A stretch of DNA of 49,214 nt. It comes from an uncultured Gammaproteobacteria bacterium. Lineage in GTDB: Bacteria > Pseudomonadota > Gammaproteobacteria > GRL18. Position 1 is the first letter of the stretch, and every line of letters begins with the position of its first letter. The stretch lies in NCBI GenBank assembly GCA_965363935.1, contig CBDTVA010000001.1, forward strand, positions 1-49,214, written 5' to 3'. The notes beneath the pieces are model-generated. The model made no database searches. It worked only from the letters and a program-made list of their open reading frames with translations, and had not been told where the DNA came from. The translations under genes were made by a program, and so were the position numbers. Below, one piece after another: positions 1-10,400 of this stretch.

Positions 1-1774
1 GGTTATCAATTTTTGCTTTTAGCGTCCAATGTTGATTGATCTCCCAGGCCCCTCTGATATTCATAATGCCATAGCCGGCAATGCGCTGTTTGCTGGAAGT
101 GTAACGTTCTGAAGATGCTATCACCGATGCGCCGTAGCTCAATTTGCCATAATTTTGATCCACATCGAGCCGGAACTGGTCTTCACTGCGATTAGGTAAA
201 ATTTCACCGGTCTTATCATCTGTGGGATTGGTATGAGAAAAATGGCCCTGTACCAGCCAATCCATGATTTCAGTTTTTATAGTGAATTCAATCCCGTCTA
301 TCGATGCTTTACCGATATTTTCAGGTCTTTCTTGCCAAAAAAAGGTGTTCGGATTGAGTTGACCTTGAGAGGATATTAAGTTGGTGACTTTGGTATGGTA
401 ATAATGGGCCGTCCAGCTAACAGAATTAAATTTGCCATTGAGTCCAAATTCAAAACTCTCTGATTCTTCCGGTTTTAAATTGGGATTTCCTTCATAAACA
501 TAGAAAAAAGAGGGGAATGTTTCTCTGGGCCAATAAAGGTCATTGAAAGTGGGTGCTTTAAATGCCGTACCATAGGAGGTGGTGACACGCACATACTGGT
601 CAAGGTCAAAACCAAAGGCAATATTACCGGTTGTGTGACTGCCAAAGGCTTCATTATCATCATAACGCCAGGAGGCCTTAATATCAAAGACATCACCATA
701 ATACTGATATTGGGCAAAGGCAGCCTTATTCCAACGACTGTCTTCAGAGTAATCGGTACTGCTATCAACAGACTCATCCAGATAATCAATTCCCAGTGTC
801 AGCAGGTCTGTTTCTCTGATCAGGAACTCATTTTTCCACGAAAAATTGTCATTGGTGGTTTTAAAGTGAGATTTATCAGTAGCTGTTAAATGGTTTTTCA
901 ACTCGTCTATACTCTGGCCTATCTGGAATTGGGTGGTCCAGATATCATTTGCCTGGTAATCTGCCACTGCTGTAGTAACTTGTTCTTTATAATTAGTATG
1001 GGTATTTTTATAGTCATAGCCATCAAATTCACTGCGACCCTCACTGTACAGAAAGCTGCCGCTAAGCTGTAATTTTTCATTAAACTTATGACGGCCTCCC
1101 AGAGAGATTGAGGTATTATCAAAGCCGTCATCATCTGAGTCAGGATAGGTATCACCCAGAAAGTTATAGCCATCGGAATCCTGATAACCGAGACTTAAAT
1201 TATAAGAGTTGCTCGGATTGCCGTCGCTGATGCCAAAATTCACCTCTTTGGTATGCTCTGAACCATAACCGACATTGCTATAGAGATGTCGTTTGTCCGC
1301 GTCTTTACGGGTGAAAATCTGAATAACTCCGCCAATAGCACTACTGCCATAAAGACTGGACTGCGGACCACGAACCACTTCAATGCGTTCTATTTGTGCT
1401 ACCGGCAGATATTGAAATGGTGTGATACCCAGAGTTGCCGAGCCGGATGGAACGCCATCAATTAAAATCAGAACCTGATTGCTGTTGGTACCACGCATAT
1501 AAATACTTTGGGTGCTGCCAAAACCGCCATTACTGGTAATATCTATGCCGGGAGTCATGGCTAATACATCCACCACTGAGCTTGCCTGGATTCGTTCAAT
1601 ATCTTCCCGGGTAATAATGCTTACCGCAGCTAATGTCTCATCAACTGTATTGGCGGTACGATTGGCGGTGACAATGATTTGTGCCGGTTGAACATTTGAT
1701 ATTTCGGCCATTGATGCATTGAAGAAGGTTGTCAGAGCTGAAACAATGCTGATCAGAAGTAGTTTGTTTGGCAT
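1..1774 (-). CDS. btuB: TonB-dependent cobalamin outer-membrane receptor (BtuB-like); the C-terminus is cut off by the window edge
   Basis: It is not in the ORF track because it runs off the window. Manual translation from the ATG (complement of 1772-1774) gives MPNKLLLISIVSALTTFFNASMAEISNVQPAQIIVTANRTANTVDETLAAVSIITREDIERIQASSVVDVLAMTPGIDITSNGGFGSTQSIYMRGTNSNQVLILIDGVPSG... This shows a signal peptide, a TonB-box-like IIVTANR and a plug domain. The same frame is still open at nt 88-1 (..QRIAGYGIMNIRGAWEINQHWTLKAKIDN, beta-barrel-like). A cobalamin riboswitch lies directly upstream. Confidence 0.85.
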   Translation of the reverse strand, partial: MPNKLLLISIVSALTTFFNASMAEISNVQPAQIIVTANRTANTVDETLAAVSIITREDIERIQASSVVDVLAMTPGIDITSNGGFGSTQSIYMRGTNSNQVLILIDGVPSGSATLGITPFQYLPVAQIERIEVVRGPQSSLYGSSAIGGVIQIFTRKDADKRHLYSNVGYGSEHTKEVNFGISDGNPSNSYNLSLGYQDSDGYNFLGDTYPDSDDDGFDNTSISLGGRHKFNEKLQLSGSFLYSEGRSEFDGYDYKNTHTNYKEQVTTAVADYQANDIWTTQFQIGQSIDELKNHLTATDKSHFKTTNDNFSWKNEFLIRETDLLTLGIDYLDESVDSSTDYSEDSRWNKAAFAQYQYYGDVFDIKASWRYDDNEAFGSHTTGNIAFGFDLDQYVRVTTSYGTAFKAPTFNDLYWPRETFPSFFYVYEGNPNLKPEESESFEFGLNGKFNSVSWTAHYYHTKVTNLISSQGQLNPNTFFWQERPENIGKASIDGIEFTIKTEIMDWLVQGHFSHTNPTDDKTGEILPNRSEDQFRLDVDQNYGKLSYGASVIASSERYTSSKQRIAGYGIMNIRGAWEINQHWTLKAKIDN

Positions 1775-1932
1775 GGTATTCCTGTGTACACACACCCCGT
1801 GTGCATAATTTGATTGAACTAAATGCGCGGTAAACAGGGGTGGGTTAGGAAAACCAAACAGCGAATTGACTTGCGTGATAGATGGCATTCTGTCCAACCG
1901 CTTGCCCTCCGCAAGGTTAAGGTCGTTCTTAT

Positions 1933-2112
1933 GGCAGGTCTCCGGGCTTATGAAGAACTGACAAGTTTCTGAAGCTATTCAGAAAAATGCTCAGTTATCG
2001 ATAGTTCCTTCCCATATTTATAAAGTGCTAAATACAGTGGCTATACACTATCGTACGTTCAATTACCGTTGCGGGGGCAGCGTTGGGTTCTCACCAACTT
2101 CCCAGTTTTATC
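1933..2112 (-). promoter_or_regulatory. Cobalamin (B12) riboswitch in the btuB leader
   Basis: The minus strand reads ..GGGAAGTTGGTGAGAACCCAACGCTGCCCCCGCAACGGTAA.., then the B12 box AGCCACTG (complement of 2035-2042), then TGGGAAGGAA, then ..AGCCCGGAGACCTGCC (complement of 1933-1948). All of these match conserved cobalamin-riboswitch core elements. It sits about 160 nt upstream of the btuB ATG. Confidence 0.85.
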
Positions 2113-2227
2113 TATAATCCTAGAATAATAAAACACCACAAGAATGAGCGGCTATTCTATGTGCCATGATAATGACTGTCAAGTTGGGTATTTTTTTTAG
2201 CAAAAGTTGAAAAGTACTATTTAATTA

Positions 2228-2632
2228 TCACCCTTCAATCCAGTTTTCTAATCGTAATCCAGATACTCGCTCAAATTCACGCGTATTATTTGTCACGAGA
2301 ATCAATCCTTCACTTCTGGCGTGTCCGGAGATATGTAAATCATTGACACCAATCGTTGTGCCTTTTCGTTCCAGATCAGCACGAATATCACCATAATGGC
2401 TTGCCGCTTTATTTCCATACTCCAATACTTCTAAACGGGATACAAAATCTTCAACATTTTTTCTGTTCTTCTCTGGCAGGGCACTTTTTTCGACACCGTG
2501 TACAAGCTCTGCCAAAGTGATTGTGCTAATACATAACTGTTCAGCGTGCTGATTAAAAGTTTGTAAGATCTCAATTGGGCGGCGTTTAATTACGTAAATC
2601 GCAATATTGGTATCTAACATATATTTCAACAT
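2228..2632 (-). CDS. vapC: PIN-domain toxin VapC (type II TA ribonuclease)
   Basis: 134 aa. It starts MLKYMLDTNIAIYVIK (N-terminal PIN acidic residue), has a later ..LVTNNTREFERV.. motif, and overlaps the upstream antitoxin gene by 1 nt. Confidence 0.85.
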   Translation of the reverse strand: MLKYMLDTNIAIYVIKRRPIEILQTFNQHAEQLCISTITLAELVHGVEKSALPEKNRKNVEDFVSRLEVLEYGNKAASHYGDIRADLERKGTTIGVNDLHISGHARSEGLILVTNNTREFERVSGLRLENWIEG

Positions 2633-2865
2633 TAAAATGATTCCCTTTCCGACTGTTCCTGAGATGCTCGTTGTTCCATAAAATCATCTGAGACATGATC
2701 TTCTGAAAGAAAAAAACTGTCCCAGGTATTTTCTACAGGAGATAGTATGCGATCCTTTCCGAGTACCCGTACGGTCACCTTTTTTACCTCATCAGGAAAA
2801 CGTGTAGCTGCGGGAAGCCTGATGGCTTGAGTTCGGTTATTGACAAAGACTGATCCGGTTGCCAT
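2632..2865 (-). CDS. vapB: VapB antitoxin (AbrB/SpoVT-type DNA-binding fold)
   Basis: 77 aa. MATGSVFVNNRTQAIRLPAATRFPDEVKKVTVRVLGKDRILSP is a typical VapB/AbrB-like N-terminus. It is translationally coupled to vapC. Confidence 0.8.
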   Translation of the reverse strand: MATGSVFVNNRTQAIRLPAATRFPDEVKKVTVRVLGKDRILSPVENTWDSFFLSEDHVSDDFMEQRASQEQSERESF

Positions 2866-2890
2866 AGAAATATCTCCATAATTTAAGCTT

Positions 2891-2939
2891 TATACATATT
2901 ACATAATATCATGTATATTGCGATTGTATATAGCAATAT
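2891..2939. promoter_or_regulatory. Candidate vapBC operator: two overlapping inverted repeats
   Basis: TATACAT (2891-2897) pairs with ATGTATA (2911-2917). ATATTGC (2914-2920) pairs with GCAATAT (2933-2939). Both lie 25-75 nt upstream of the vapB start, and type II TA operons are usually autoregulated at such palindromes. Confidence 0.35.
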
Positions 2940-2977
2940 ACACACTGTGGGCTGATTGTGGATTAAATATATAATTT

Positions 2978-3391
2978 CTACTTGAAAAAAATTAAAGCAG
3001 CTACTTTTCGGTATTCTCCAGTTAAGATATTAAACGTTCTGCAGGCAGCACCTATGTCCATAAAGTCTATGGACAGTTTTTTCTCAGAAATATGCTGCAA
3101 AATGGCTTTTTCAGGAAAGCAGACTTGTTGCCCGGTGCCAATCAGATAAATATCTGCATCATGCTGTAGCAGTTTCTCTATACAATTGTGATCAAATTGT
3201 GTAAAAGATTGCGGGTAATCACGGGTTTCCAGTTGATTCTTGTAAATAAGGGTGGTGCAAGAAATTTCCCGCAAGGCATCCTCTTTGGATTGCATGGAAT
3301 GAATATCTTTATTGGGTTTGATGAGTTTGGCCGAGTGCTCATCATAAGAATGAAAAGAATAGGCATCATCAATGGTTTCTAGTTGTAACAT
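2978..3391 (-). CDS. Mth938-like (DUF498 / NDUFAF3-like) domain protein
   Basis: 137 aa. The C-terminal ..DIYLIGTGQQVCFPEKAILQHISEKKLSIDFMDIGAACRTFNILTGEYRKVAALI matches the Mth938-fold family signature (IGTG...MDTxAACRTYN) from memory. Confidence 0.65.
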   Translation of the reverse strand: MLQLETIDDAYSFHSYDEHSAKLIKPNKDIHSMQSKEDALREISCTTLIYKNQLETRDYPQSFTQFDHNCIEKLLQHDADIYLIGTGQQVCFPEKAILQHISEKKLSIDFMDIGAACRTFNILTGEYRKVAALIFFK

Positions 3392-3528
3392 GCAGGTCTC
3401 GATTTGTGTTTGATTAGGATATTTGCTATTGCTTACTGATATTTTGTTAAAAAACAGCCTTGAAGTATACGATTTTTACACTATTAGGTTAAAAAAATGA
3501 AATAAATTAAAAAAAACAGCTTTAGAGA

Positions 3529-3557
3529 TTGACAGCAACTCTTATGGCCAGTATTTT
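3529..3557 (+). promoter_or_regulatory. Candidate sigma70 promoter for alaC-hom
   Basis: TTGACA (3529-3534), a 17-nt spacer, then TATTTT (3552-3557), about 57 nt upstream of the alaC start. This is a by-eye match only. Confidence 0.3.
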
Positions 3558-3613
3558 TAAATGTTTTAATCATCTAATCTGAGTTTATTCAGGTTTTTGC
3601 CGAGGCTATTTTT

Positions 3614-4813
3614 TTGAACGACGATTTTCAGCGAATTAAGCGATTACCCCCTTATGTTTTCAATATTGTTAATGAGTTGAAAGCCAGGGCGCGAGCCAGG
3701 GGAGAAGACATTATTGATTTTGGTATGGGTAATCCCGATCAGCCGACCCCTAAGCATATTGTCGATAAAATGGTTGAAGCGACCCAGCGCAATGATACCC
3801 ATCGATATTCCATGTCACGTGGCGTACCGAGGTTACGTAAAGCGATTTGTAACTGGTATAAACGCAGCTATGATGTGGATTTGGACCCTGAATCTGAAGC
3901 CATTGTCACTATAGGCTCCAAAGAAGGTCTGGCTCATCTGGCTCTGGCCACCGTCGGGCCCGGTGATGCGGTATTGGTGCCCAATCCGTCTTATCCTATT
4001 CATCCTTATGGTTTTGTTATTGCCGGAGCGGATATTCGTCATGTGCCCATGACGCCGAATGTGGATTTTTTTGCTGAACTGGAAAAGGCTATTAAGGACT
4101 CCTGGCCCAAACCCAAAATGTTGATGTTAAATTTTCCGGGTAATCCGACCACACAATGCGTTGAGCTGGACTTTTTCGAAAAAGTGGTTGCAATCGCCCG
4201 TGAGCATAGCATCTGGGTAGTACATGATATTGCCTATGCTGAAATTGTGTTTGATGGCTACAAGGCTCCCTCAATATTGCAAGTACCAGGAGCTAAAGAG
4301 ATAGCGGTAGAGTTCTATTCCTTGTCCAAAACCTATAATATGCCCGGCTGGCGGGTAGGGTTTATGTGTGGTAACCCGACTCTGGTGGCTGCATTAACAC
4401 GCATAAAATCATATCTTGATTACGGCATGTTTACGCCGATTCAGGTAGCGGCTATTCATGCTCTGGATGGTCCTCAGGATTGCGTTAAAGAAATTGCCTC
4501 GATGTATCAGATTCGTCGCGATGTGCTCTGTTCAGGTCTGGATTCCATTGGCTGGGAAGTGGAAAAGCCCAGGGCGACCATGTTTGTCTGGGCACCGATT
4601 CCAGCAGAATATAAAGACCTGGGATCTCTGGAGTTTTCTAAAAAATTGCTGACGGAAGCCAAAGTTGCAGTCTCCCCGGGGATCGGTTTCGGTGAATACG
4701 GTGACGATCATGTGCGCTTTAGCCTGATTGAAAATGAACATAGGACCCGTCAGGCCATGCGGGGCATAAGGGAAATGTTCAAAAAAGATAAAGTGGGCGT
4801 ATTCAAAGAATAA
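3614..4813 (+). CDS. alaC: PLP-dependent aminotransferase, AlaC-type (alanine/glutamate-pyruvate transaminase)
   Basis: 399 aa. The N-terminal [40 protein letters not shown] and the ..[16 protein letters not shown].. PLP-lysine motif are typical of AlaC/YfdZ-family class I aminotransferases. It lies upstream of hom, as in many proteobacteria. The start codon is TTG. Confidence 0.85.
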   Translation: MNDDFQRIKRLPPYVFNIVNELKARARARGEDIIDFGMGNPDQPTPKHIVDKMVEATQRNDTHRYSMSRGVPRLRKAICNWYKRSYDVDLDPESEAIVTIGSKEGLAHLALATVGPGDAVLVPNPSYPIHPYGFVIAGADIRHVPMTPNVDFFAELEKAIKDSWPKPKMLMLNFPGNPTTQCVELDFFEKVVAIAREHSIWVVHDIAYAEIVFDGYKAPSILQVPGAKEIAVEFYSLSKTYNMPGWRVGFMCGNPTLVAALTRIKSYLDYGMFTPIQVAAIHALDGPQDCVKEIASMYQIRRDVLCSGLDSIGWEVEKPRATMFVWAPIPAEYKDLGSLEFSKKLLTEAKVAVSPGIGFGEYGDDHVRFSLIENEHRTRQAMRGIREMFKKDKVGVFKE

Positions 4814-4884
4814 CTTGCTTTGGATAAAGAACGGTTCATTGCTATAATACCCGCCCGAATATATGTTTAAAATAATTTCTATAA

Positions 4885-6213
4885 ATGGAGACTCAATTGG
4901 AACCGGTTAAGGTTGGATTATTAGGATTAGGCACCGTTGGCGGTGGTACAGTCAATGTGCTGCAGCGCAATGCAGAAGAAATATCACGCCGGGCTGGCCG
5001 TGGAATTATCATTAGTCATGCTTCGGCTCGTGATATTAACAAGCCTCGTATTTGTCGAACGGATGGCATTCAGTTAACAGTAAATCCCAATGATGTGGTT
5101 ACTGATCCAGACATTTCAATTGTGGTTGAATTAATTGGTGGTGATACTCTGGCCCGTGAACTGGTGCTAAAGGCCATTGCTAATGGCAAACATGTAGTGA
5201 CAGCCAACAAGGCATTGATTGCCAAGCATGGTAATGAAATCTTTTCTGCGGCGCAAAAGCGGGGGGTTATGGTGGCCTTTGAAGCCGCAGTAGCGGGTGG
5301 TATTCCTATTATTAAGGCAATTCGTGAAGGACTTGCGGGTAATCGCATTGAATGGCTGGCAGGCATAATTAATGGTACCGGCAATTTTATCCTCACCGAA
5401 ATGCGCGACAAACAGCGTGATTTTGCTTCGGTACTGGCGGAAGCCCAACGTCTGGGATACGCAGAATCTGATCCGACTTTCGATGTGGAAGGTATTGATG
5501 CGGCACATAAATTAACCATTCTGGCTTCCATTGCTTTTGGTATACCGCTGCAATTTGAGAAAACCTATACAGAGGGGATCAGTAAAATTACTGGTACTGA
5601 CGTGGACTATGCCAGTGAACTGGGTTTTACCATTAAGCACCTGGGCGTATCGCGACGTACTGACAAGGGTGTTGAATTACGGGTGCATCCCACCTTAATA
5701 CCCAAACGACGTTTAATTGCTAATGTCGATGGCGTAATGAATGCCGTTCTGGTCAAAGGTGATGCCGTGGGCCCAACCTTATATTATGGTGCTGGTGCGG
5801 GCGCTGATCCGACGGCCTCTGCTGTCGTTGCTGATATTGTGGATGTCGTTCGGGTACTGACTTCGGACCCGGAAAATCGGGTACCGCATCTGGCATTCCA
5901 GCCAGAATCATTGTCTGATATTCCGGTATTGCCTATTGATGAGGTTGAAACGGCTTATTATTTGCGTATTGCCGCATCGGATCAAACCGGAGTGCTGGCA
6001 AAAATCACCACCATTTTGGCCGAAAGTGGTATCAGTATTGATTCCATGCTGCAAAGAGAACACGATCCCAGTAGTGAAGAGGCCACTATTATTATTATCA
6101 CTCATACCACTATCGAAAAAAACATGAATGAAGCCATTGAAAAAATTCACGCTCTGGATTTTGTTGATGGTGAAGTGGTCCGGATCCGGCTAGAACATCT
6201 GGATGCAAACTAA
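4885..6213 (+). CDS. hom: Homoserine dehydrogenase
   Basis: 442 aa. It has the NAD-binding motif VGLLGLGTVGGG, the catalytic region ..GIINGTGNFILTEM..A.RLGYAESDPTFDVEGIDAAHKL.., and a C-terminal ACT-like domain. Confidence 0.93.
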   Translation: METQLEPVKVGLLGLGTVGGGTVNVLQRNAEEISRRAGRGIIISHASARDINKPRICRTDGIQLTVNPNDVVTDPDISIVVELIGGDTLARELVLKAIANGKHVVTANKALIAKHGNEIFSAAQKRGVMVAFEAAVAGGIPIIKAIREGLAGNRIEWLAGIINGTGNFILTEMRDKQRDFASVLAEAQRLGYAESDPTFDVEGIDAAHKLTILASIAFGIPLQFEKTYTEGISKITGTDVDYASELGFTIKHLGVSRRTDKGVELRVHPTLIPKRRLIANVDGVMNAVLVKGDAVGPTLYYGAGAGADPTASAVVADIVDVVRVLTSDPENRVPHLAFQPESLSDIPVLPIDEVETAYYLRIAASDQTGVLAKITTILAESGISIDSMLQREHDPSSEEATIIIITHTTIEKNMNEAIEKIHALDFVDGEVVRIRLEHLDAN

Positions 6214-7369
6214 TCGTTTGACCTTTATAGTACCGGGCCTGCTTGACCCGGTACCCTATCTTGACCAACTGCCTGTACAGGAACTGCCTGAACTGGCCAT
6301 TTTTTCCACCCTATTATCGCGTGGAAAACATTCTATTCCTGAATCACCTGATTACGATTACAACAATTATTATACTTGTCTGCTCAAAGAATTTGCTTTG
6401 CATGATCTGCCGGGTTCTGATAAAAGCAGCTCGAATCCATTATCTGTCGCCAGCATCTGCTATTTTTATGACTCGGTTAATTTGCCTGAAAGTGAGAATA
6501 TCAATTCCAATCCTGATTTTATCACTCAGCTAAAGAATAAGTGGATAATGAGAGTTGATCCCTGTTTTATGGCCCCGGATCGTGATCAACTGGTACTGGC
6601 CGAAATACAGAATCTGGATATCTCGATGGCAGAAGCCAGACAACTTGTGGCTGAAATCAATGATTTTTTTCAAGATTATGCCGAGGAGACGTTCTGGACA
6701 TTACAGGCCGTTACTCCTGAACGCTGGTACATAGTGTCAGACAAACCTATCCATATCCAGACTGTACCGCCTGAAAACGTAGTGGGACAATCAGTTAAGC
6801 GCTTCTTATTTACGGCAGATAAATTGGCCGGAGGAGACAGCAGACACTGGTTACACCTGTTTAATGAATTTCAAATGATATTACATCAAAGCCCGCTCAA
6901 CAGGCAGCGCACTGAGCAGGGAAAGCTGCCGGTTAATAGTCTCTGGTTCTGGGGGGCAGGTGAAGCCATTGATTTTTCTGCATTGAGCAAAGGTAGCCGA
7001 CAAACGGCTAACGTTTATGCGGATAATGTTTTTGCAAAAGGTCTGGCCAGGTTAAAAAATTATCGCAACATGAAAGTACCCGACAGATATCAACCTGTTT
7101 CTGCTAACAACGATCAGCAGTCGATGTATATTATAAGCGATTTCTTTCATGCCATTCAAAATAAAGACATTTTTAGCTGGGTCGGCTTATTAACTCAATT
7201 TGAAAGTCACTTTTTAATGCCTTTAGTCGCAGACATTAAATCCGGGAGAATTGCAGAAGTCAATTTTATTTCTCCTTCAGGGAAACGACTTTTACTGACC
7301 AGAAGATTGTTAAATCGCTGGTGGCGAAAAAAAATACCATTCCAGCATTTTTTGAGCAATAAAATATAA
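6203..7369 (+). CDS. Conserved hypothetical protein, overlapping the hom stop by 11 nt
   Basis: 388-aa ORF with no motif I can assign confidently. It vaguely recalls the 'RpfE-type / phosphoglycerate-mutase-like' uncharacterised family found near hom/thrC. The coding call rests on its length, its codon usage matching its neighbours, and the coupling to hom. Confidence 0.7.
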   Translation: MQTNRLTFIVPGLLDPVPYLDQLPVQELPELAIFSTLLSRGKHSIPESPDYDYNNYYTCLLKEFALHDLPGSDKSSSNPLSVASICYFYDSVNLPESENINSNPDFITQLKNKWIMRVDPCFMAPDRDQLVLAEIQNLDISMAEARQLVAEINDFFQDYAEETFWTLQAVTPERWYIVSDKPIHIQTVPPENVVGQSVKRFLFTADKLAGGDSRHWLHLFNEFQMILHQSPLNRQRTEQGKLPVNSLWFWGAGEAIDFSALSKGSRQTANVYADNVFAKGLARLKNYRNMKVPDRYQPVSANNDQQSMYIISDFFHAIQNKDIFSWVGLLTQFESHFLMPLVADIKSGRIAEVNFISPSGKRLLLTRRLLNRWWRKKIPFQHFLSNKI

Positions 7370-7386
7370 TATCCTGTTGCTGGTGA

Positions 7387-7461
7387 ATGGCTCTTCTAAG
7401 CTTTGTTGAGTTTCTTTATCGTAGGTCGGGTTACGGAAAAAAGCCGCCTAACCCAACCTAC
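7387..7461 (+). repeat. REP-like composite element, copy 1 (24-nt box + 10-nt spacer + ~41-nt palindrome)
   Basis: ATGGCTCTTCTAAGCTTTGTTGAG-TTTCTTTATC-GTAGGTCGGGTTACGG..GCCGCCTAACCCAACCTAC. It is related to the copies at 11138-11205, 17884-17910 and 19738-19807. Confidence 0.8.
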
Positions 7462-7497
7462 ACTGCAATATGAACACGCAATAAAGTGGAGTTTGAC

Positions 7498-10400
7498 TCA
7501 AGCCGCCAGGTGATCAAGCAACTCAGATAAATACTGGAATTGCCTGGCGATATCAGGCTCTTTTTTCAATAATCTTAATTTACTATTGCCATCTAATTTG
7601 TACAGAGATGCTTTGGTCTGGATAAGGTTAATGATTTTCATAGGATCAATATTCGGTTGCTCACTGAAATTAATCCGCCCGCCATTCTCACTAAAATCAA
7701 TACTTAAAATATCCAGGGGGGTTGCCTTGAGTTTTAAAGAGGTAATCGCGAACAGGTTTTTGATTTGATCGGTGAGCAAGCCAAAGCGATCAATCATTTC
7801 CACCTGAATATCCTTTAGTTCTACATCGCTATAGGCATTAGCAATACGCTTGTACATAACCAGCCGGGTATGTACATCGGGTAAATAATCATCAGGGATC
7901 AGGGCCGGAATGTGCAGATCAATTTCAGTACCGTGATGTGCTGCAGTTTCCAGTTCCGGATCTTTGCCTTCTTTGAGAGATTTCACCGCGCGTTCGAGCA
8001 ATTCTGTATACAGAGTAAAACCAATTTCCTGTATTTGTCCGCTTTGATCTTCACCCAGTAATTCACCGGAGCCGCGAATTTCCAGGTCATGGGTGGCCAA
8101 TGTGAAACCGGCCCCTAAATCTTCAATGGCCTCAATGGCTTCCAGACGTTTTATGGCGTCGGCTGTCATGGATTTTTTTTCCGGTACCGTCAGATAGGCA
8201 TAGGCTTTGTGATGAGAACGGCCCACCCGGCCGCGTAATTGATATAATTGTGCCAGACCGAAACGATCTGCACGTTCAATGATAATGGTATTGGCACTGG
8301 GTATATCAATACCGGTTTCAATAATGGTCGTACAAACCAGAACATTAAAACGTTGATGGTAAAAGTCACTCATGACTAGTTCGAGATCTTTTTCCCGCAT
8401 CTGGCCATGGGCGATATCCACCCGGGCCTCGGGAATGAGTTGTTCCAGTTCCCGGGCCTTTTTGCCGATGCTCTGGACATTATTGTGCAGCACAAACACC
8501 TGCCCGCCACGCATTATTTCACGTTGGCAGGCTTCCTTAATTGTGGCGTTGTTCCAGCGCTGAACAAAGGTTTTAATGGATAGGCGACGTGCCGGTGGTG
8601 TGGCGATAATTGAAAAATCCCGTATACCGGACAATGACATATTTAAGGTTCTTGGAATGGGGGTTGCCGTAAGAGTCAGAATATCGACCTTACTGCGCAG
8701 CTTTTTAAAGCGTTCTTTCTGACGTACACCAAAGCGGTGTTCTTCATCAATAATAACCAGGCCCAATTGTTTATATTTAATGCTTTCCTGGAGTAATTTG
8801 TGCGTCCCGATAACAATATCAATGGTTCCGGCAACTACTTCCTTAAGGATTATTTCCTGTTCTTTTTTGTTTTGAAAACGTGATAAAGCGGCAATTTTTA
8901 TCGGCCATTCTGCAAAACGGTTTTGAAAGTTTTCAGTATGTTGCTGACTGAGCAGAGTAGTGGGTACCAAAATTGCCACCTGTTTACCCCCTGACACCGC
9001 TAAAAAGGCAGCGCGCATGGCCACTTCTGTTTTACCAAAACCGACATCACCACAGATCAGTCGATCCATCGGTTTTGGACCGGTCATGTCTGCAACGACA
9101 TTTTCAATGGCTTTTTGTTGATCGGGGGTTTCCTCAAATGGAAATCCACTGACAAAGGCGTGATAATGCTGTTCATCAAAGCGATAGGCAAAACCCTGTT
9201 GAGCTTCTCGCTGGGCATAAATTTCCAGTAGTTCGGCCGCAACATCATGAATTTTTTCCCGTGCTCTGCGTTTAGCCTTTTCCCATTGACCGCTACCCAG
9301 TTTGTGCAGTGGAGCGGTATCGGGATTGGAACCCGTGTAACGGCTGATAAGGTGTAAAAAGGCAACCGGAACATAGAGCTTATCGCCTCCGGCATATTCC
9401 AGAGCCAGGAACTCTGCCGTTTCATCGTCCAGAGTTATGGTTTCCAGACCCAGATAACGACCTACGCCATTGTCTTCATGGACAACGGGAGCACCGATTT
9501 GCAATTCCGCCAGGGTATTGATAATGGCATCACTGTCCTGGGACTTGGCTTTTCTCCTGCGCCGCTGCATAACCTGCTGGCCATACAACTGGGATTCACA
9601 GATCAGGGCTAAATCACCCAGCTGCATGCCCTCATCCAGTGGTGCGATGCAGATCCCGGGGGTTTTGCCGGAAACCAGAAAATCGTCCCATCCGGCTAAA
9701 CTTTTAGGGTAGATTTTATAGGGCTTTAACAATTCCAGCAGAGTTTCCCTGCGACCCGCAGTTTCAGTACAAAAAAGAATTCGCCGTTGCTCCGCAACAG
9801 CTGAGTTAAGGTATTGTTTCAGTTTATTCAGAGCACTTTCTTTCTGGATAGCTTTTTGTTGTGTATTAAAAGTTAATGAGGGTGGTTTTTCACTGGCAAA
9901 ATTATACACACCCGCTTTATCTTCAAACTCAAAGCTCTGGCAGATAATGCGGGAATAGTTTTTTAAATGGGCGAATAATTCATCGGTCCGCAAAAACAGT
10001 TCTGCGGGCGGCAATATGGGATGAGCAATATTATGACAATATTGCTCATAACGAAGATCTGTATCATGAATAAAGCGTTCTGTAATGCTTTCCAGATCGG
10101 TAAAATTGACAATAATGGCTTGTTCAGGGAGATAATCAAACAGTGTTGTGGTTTGCTGAAAAAACAGCGGCAAGTAATATTCAATGCCCGGTGACGAAAT
10201 TCCCTGGCCAATATCATTATAAATAATGCTGTCAGTCAGTTCGCCGCCGAGTATATTACGATATTGTTCCCGGAATAAATTAATGGCCTGCTTGTCCAGT
10301 GGAAATTCACGCGCAGGCATCATATTAATGGAGTCACAATTTTTTATGGAACGCTGAGTATCAACATCAAAGTTTTTAATAGTGTCAATTTCATCATCGA

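Noticed and set aside
475-1173. Four short ORFs (475-789, 635-889, 890-1072, 919-1173) from the ORF track
   Set aside because: They lie inside, and out of frame with, the long btuB reading frame that runs off the window edge. They are shadow ORFs with odd composition.
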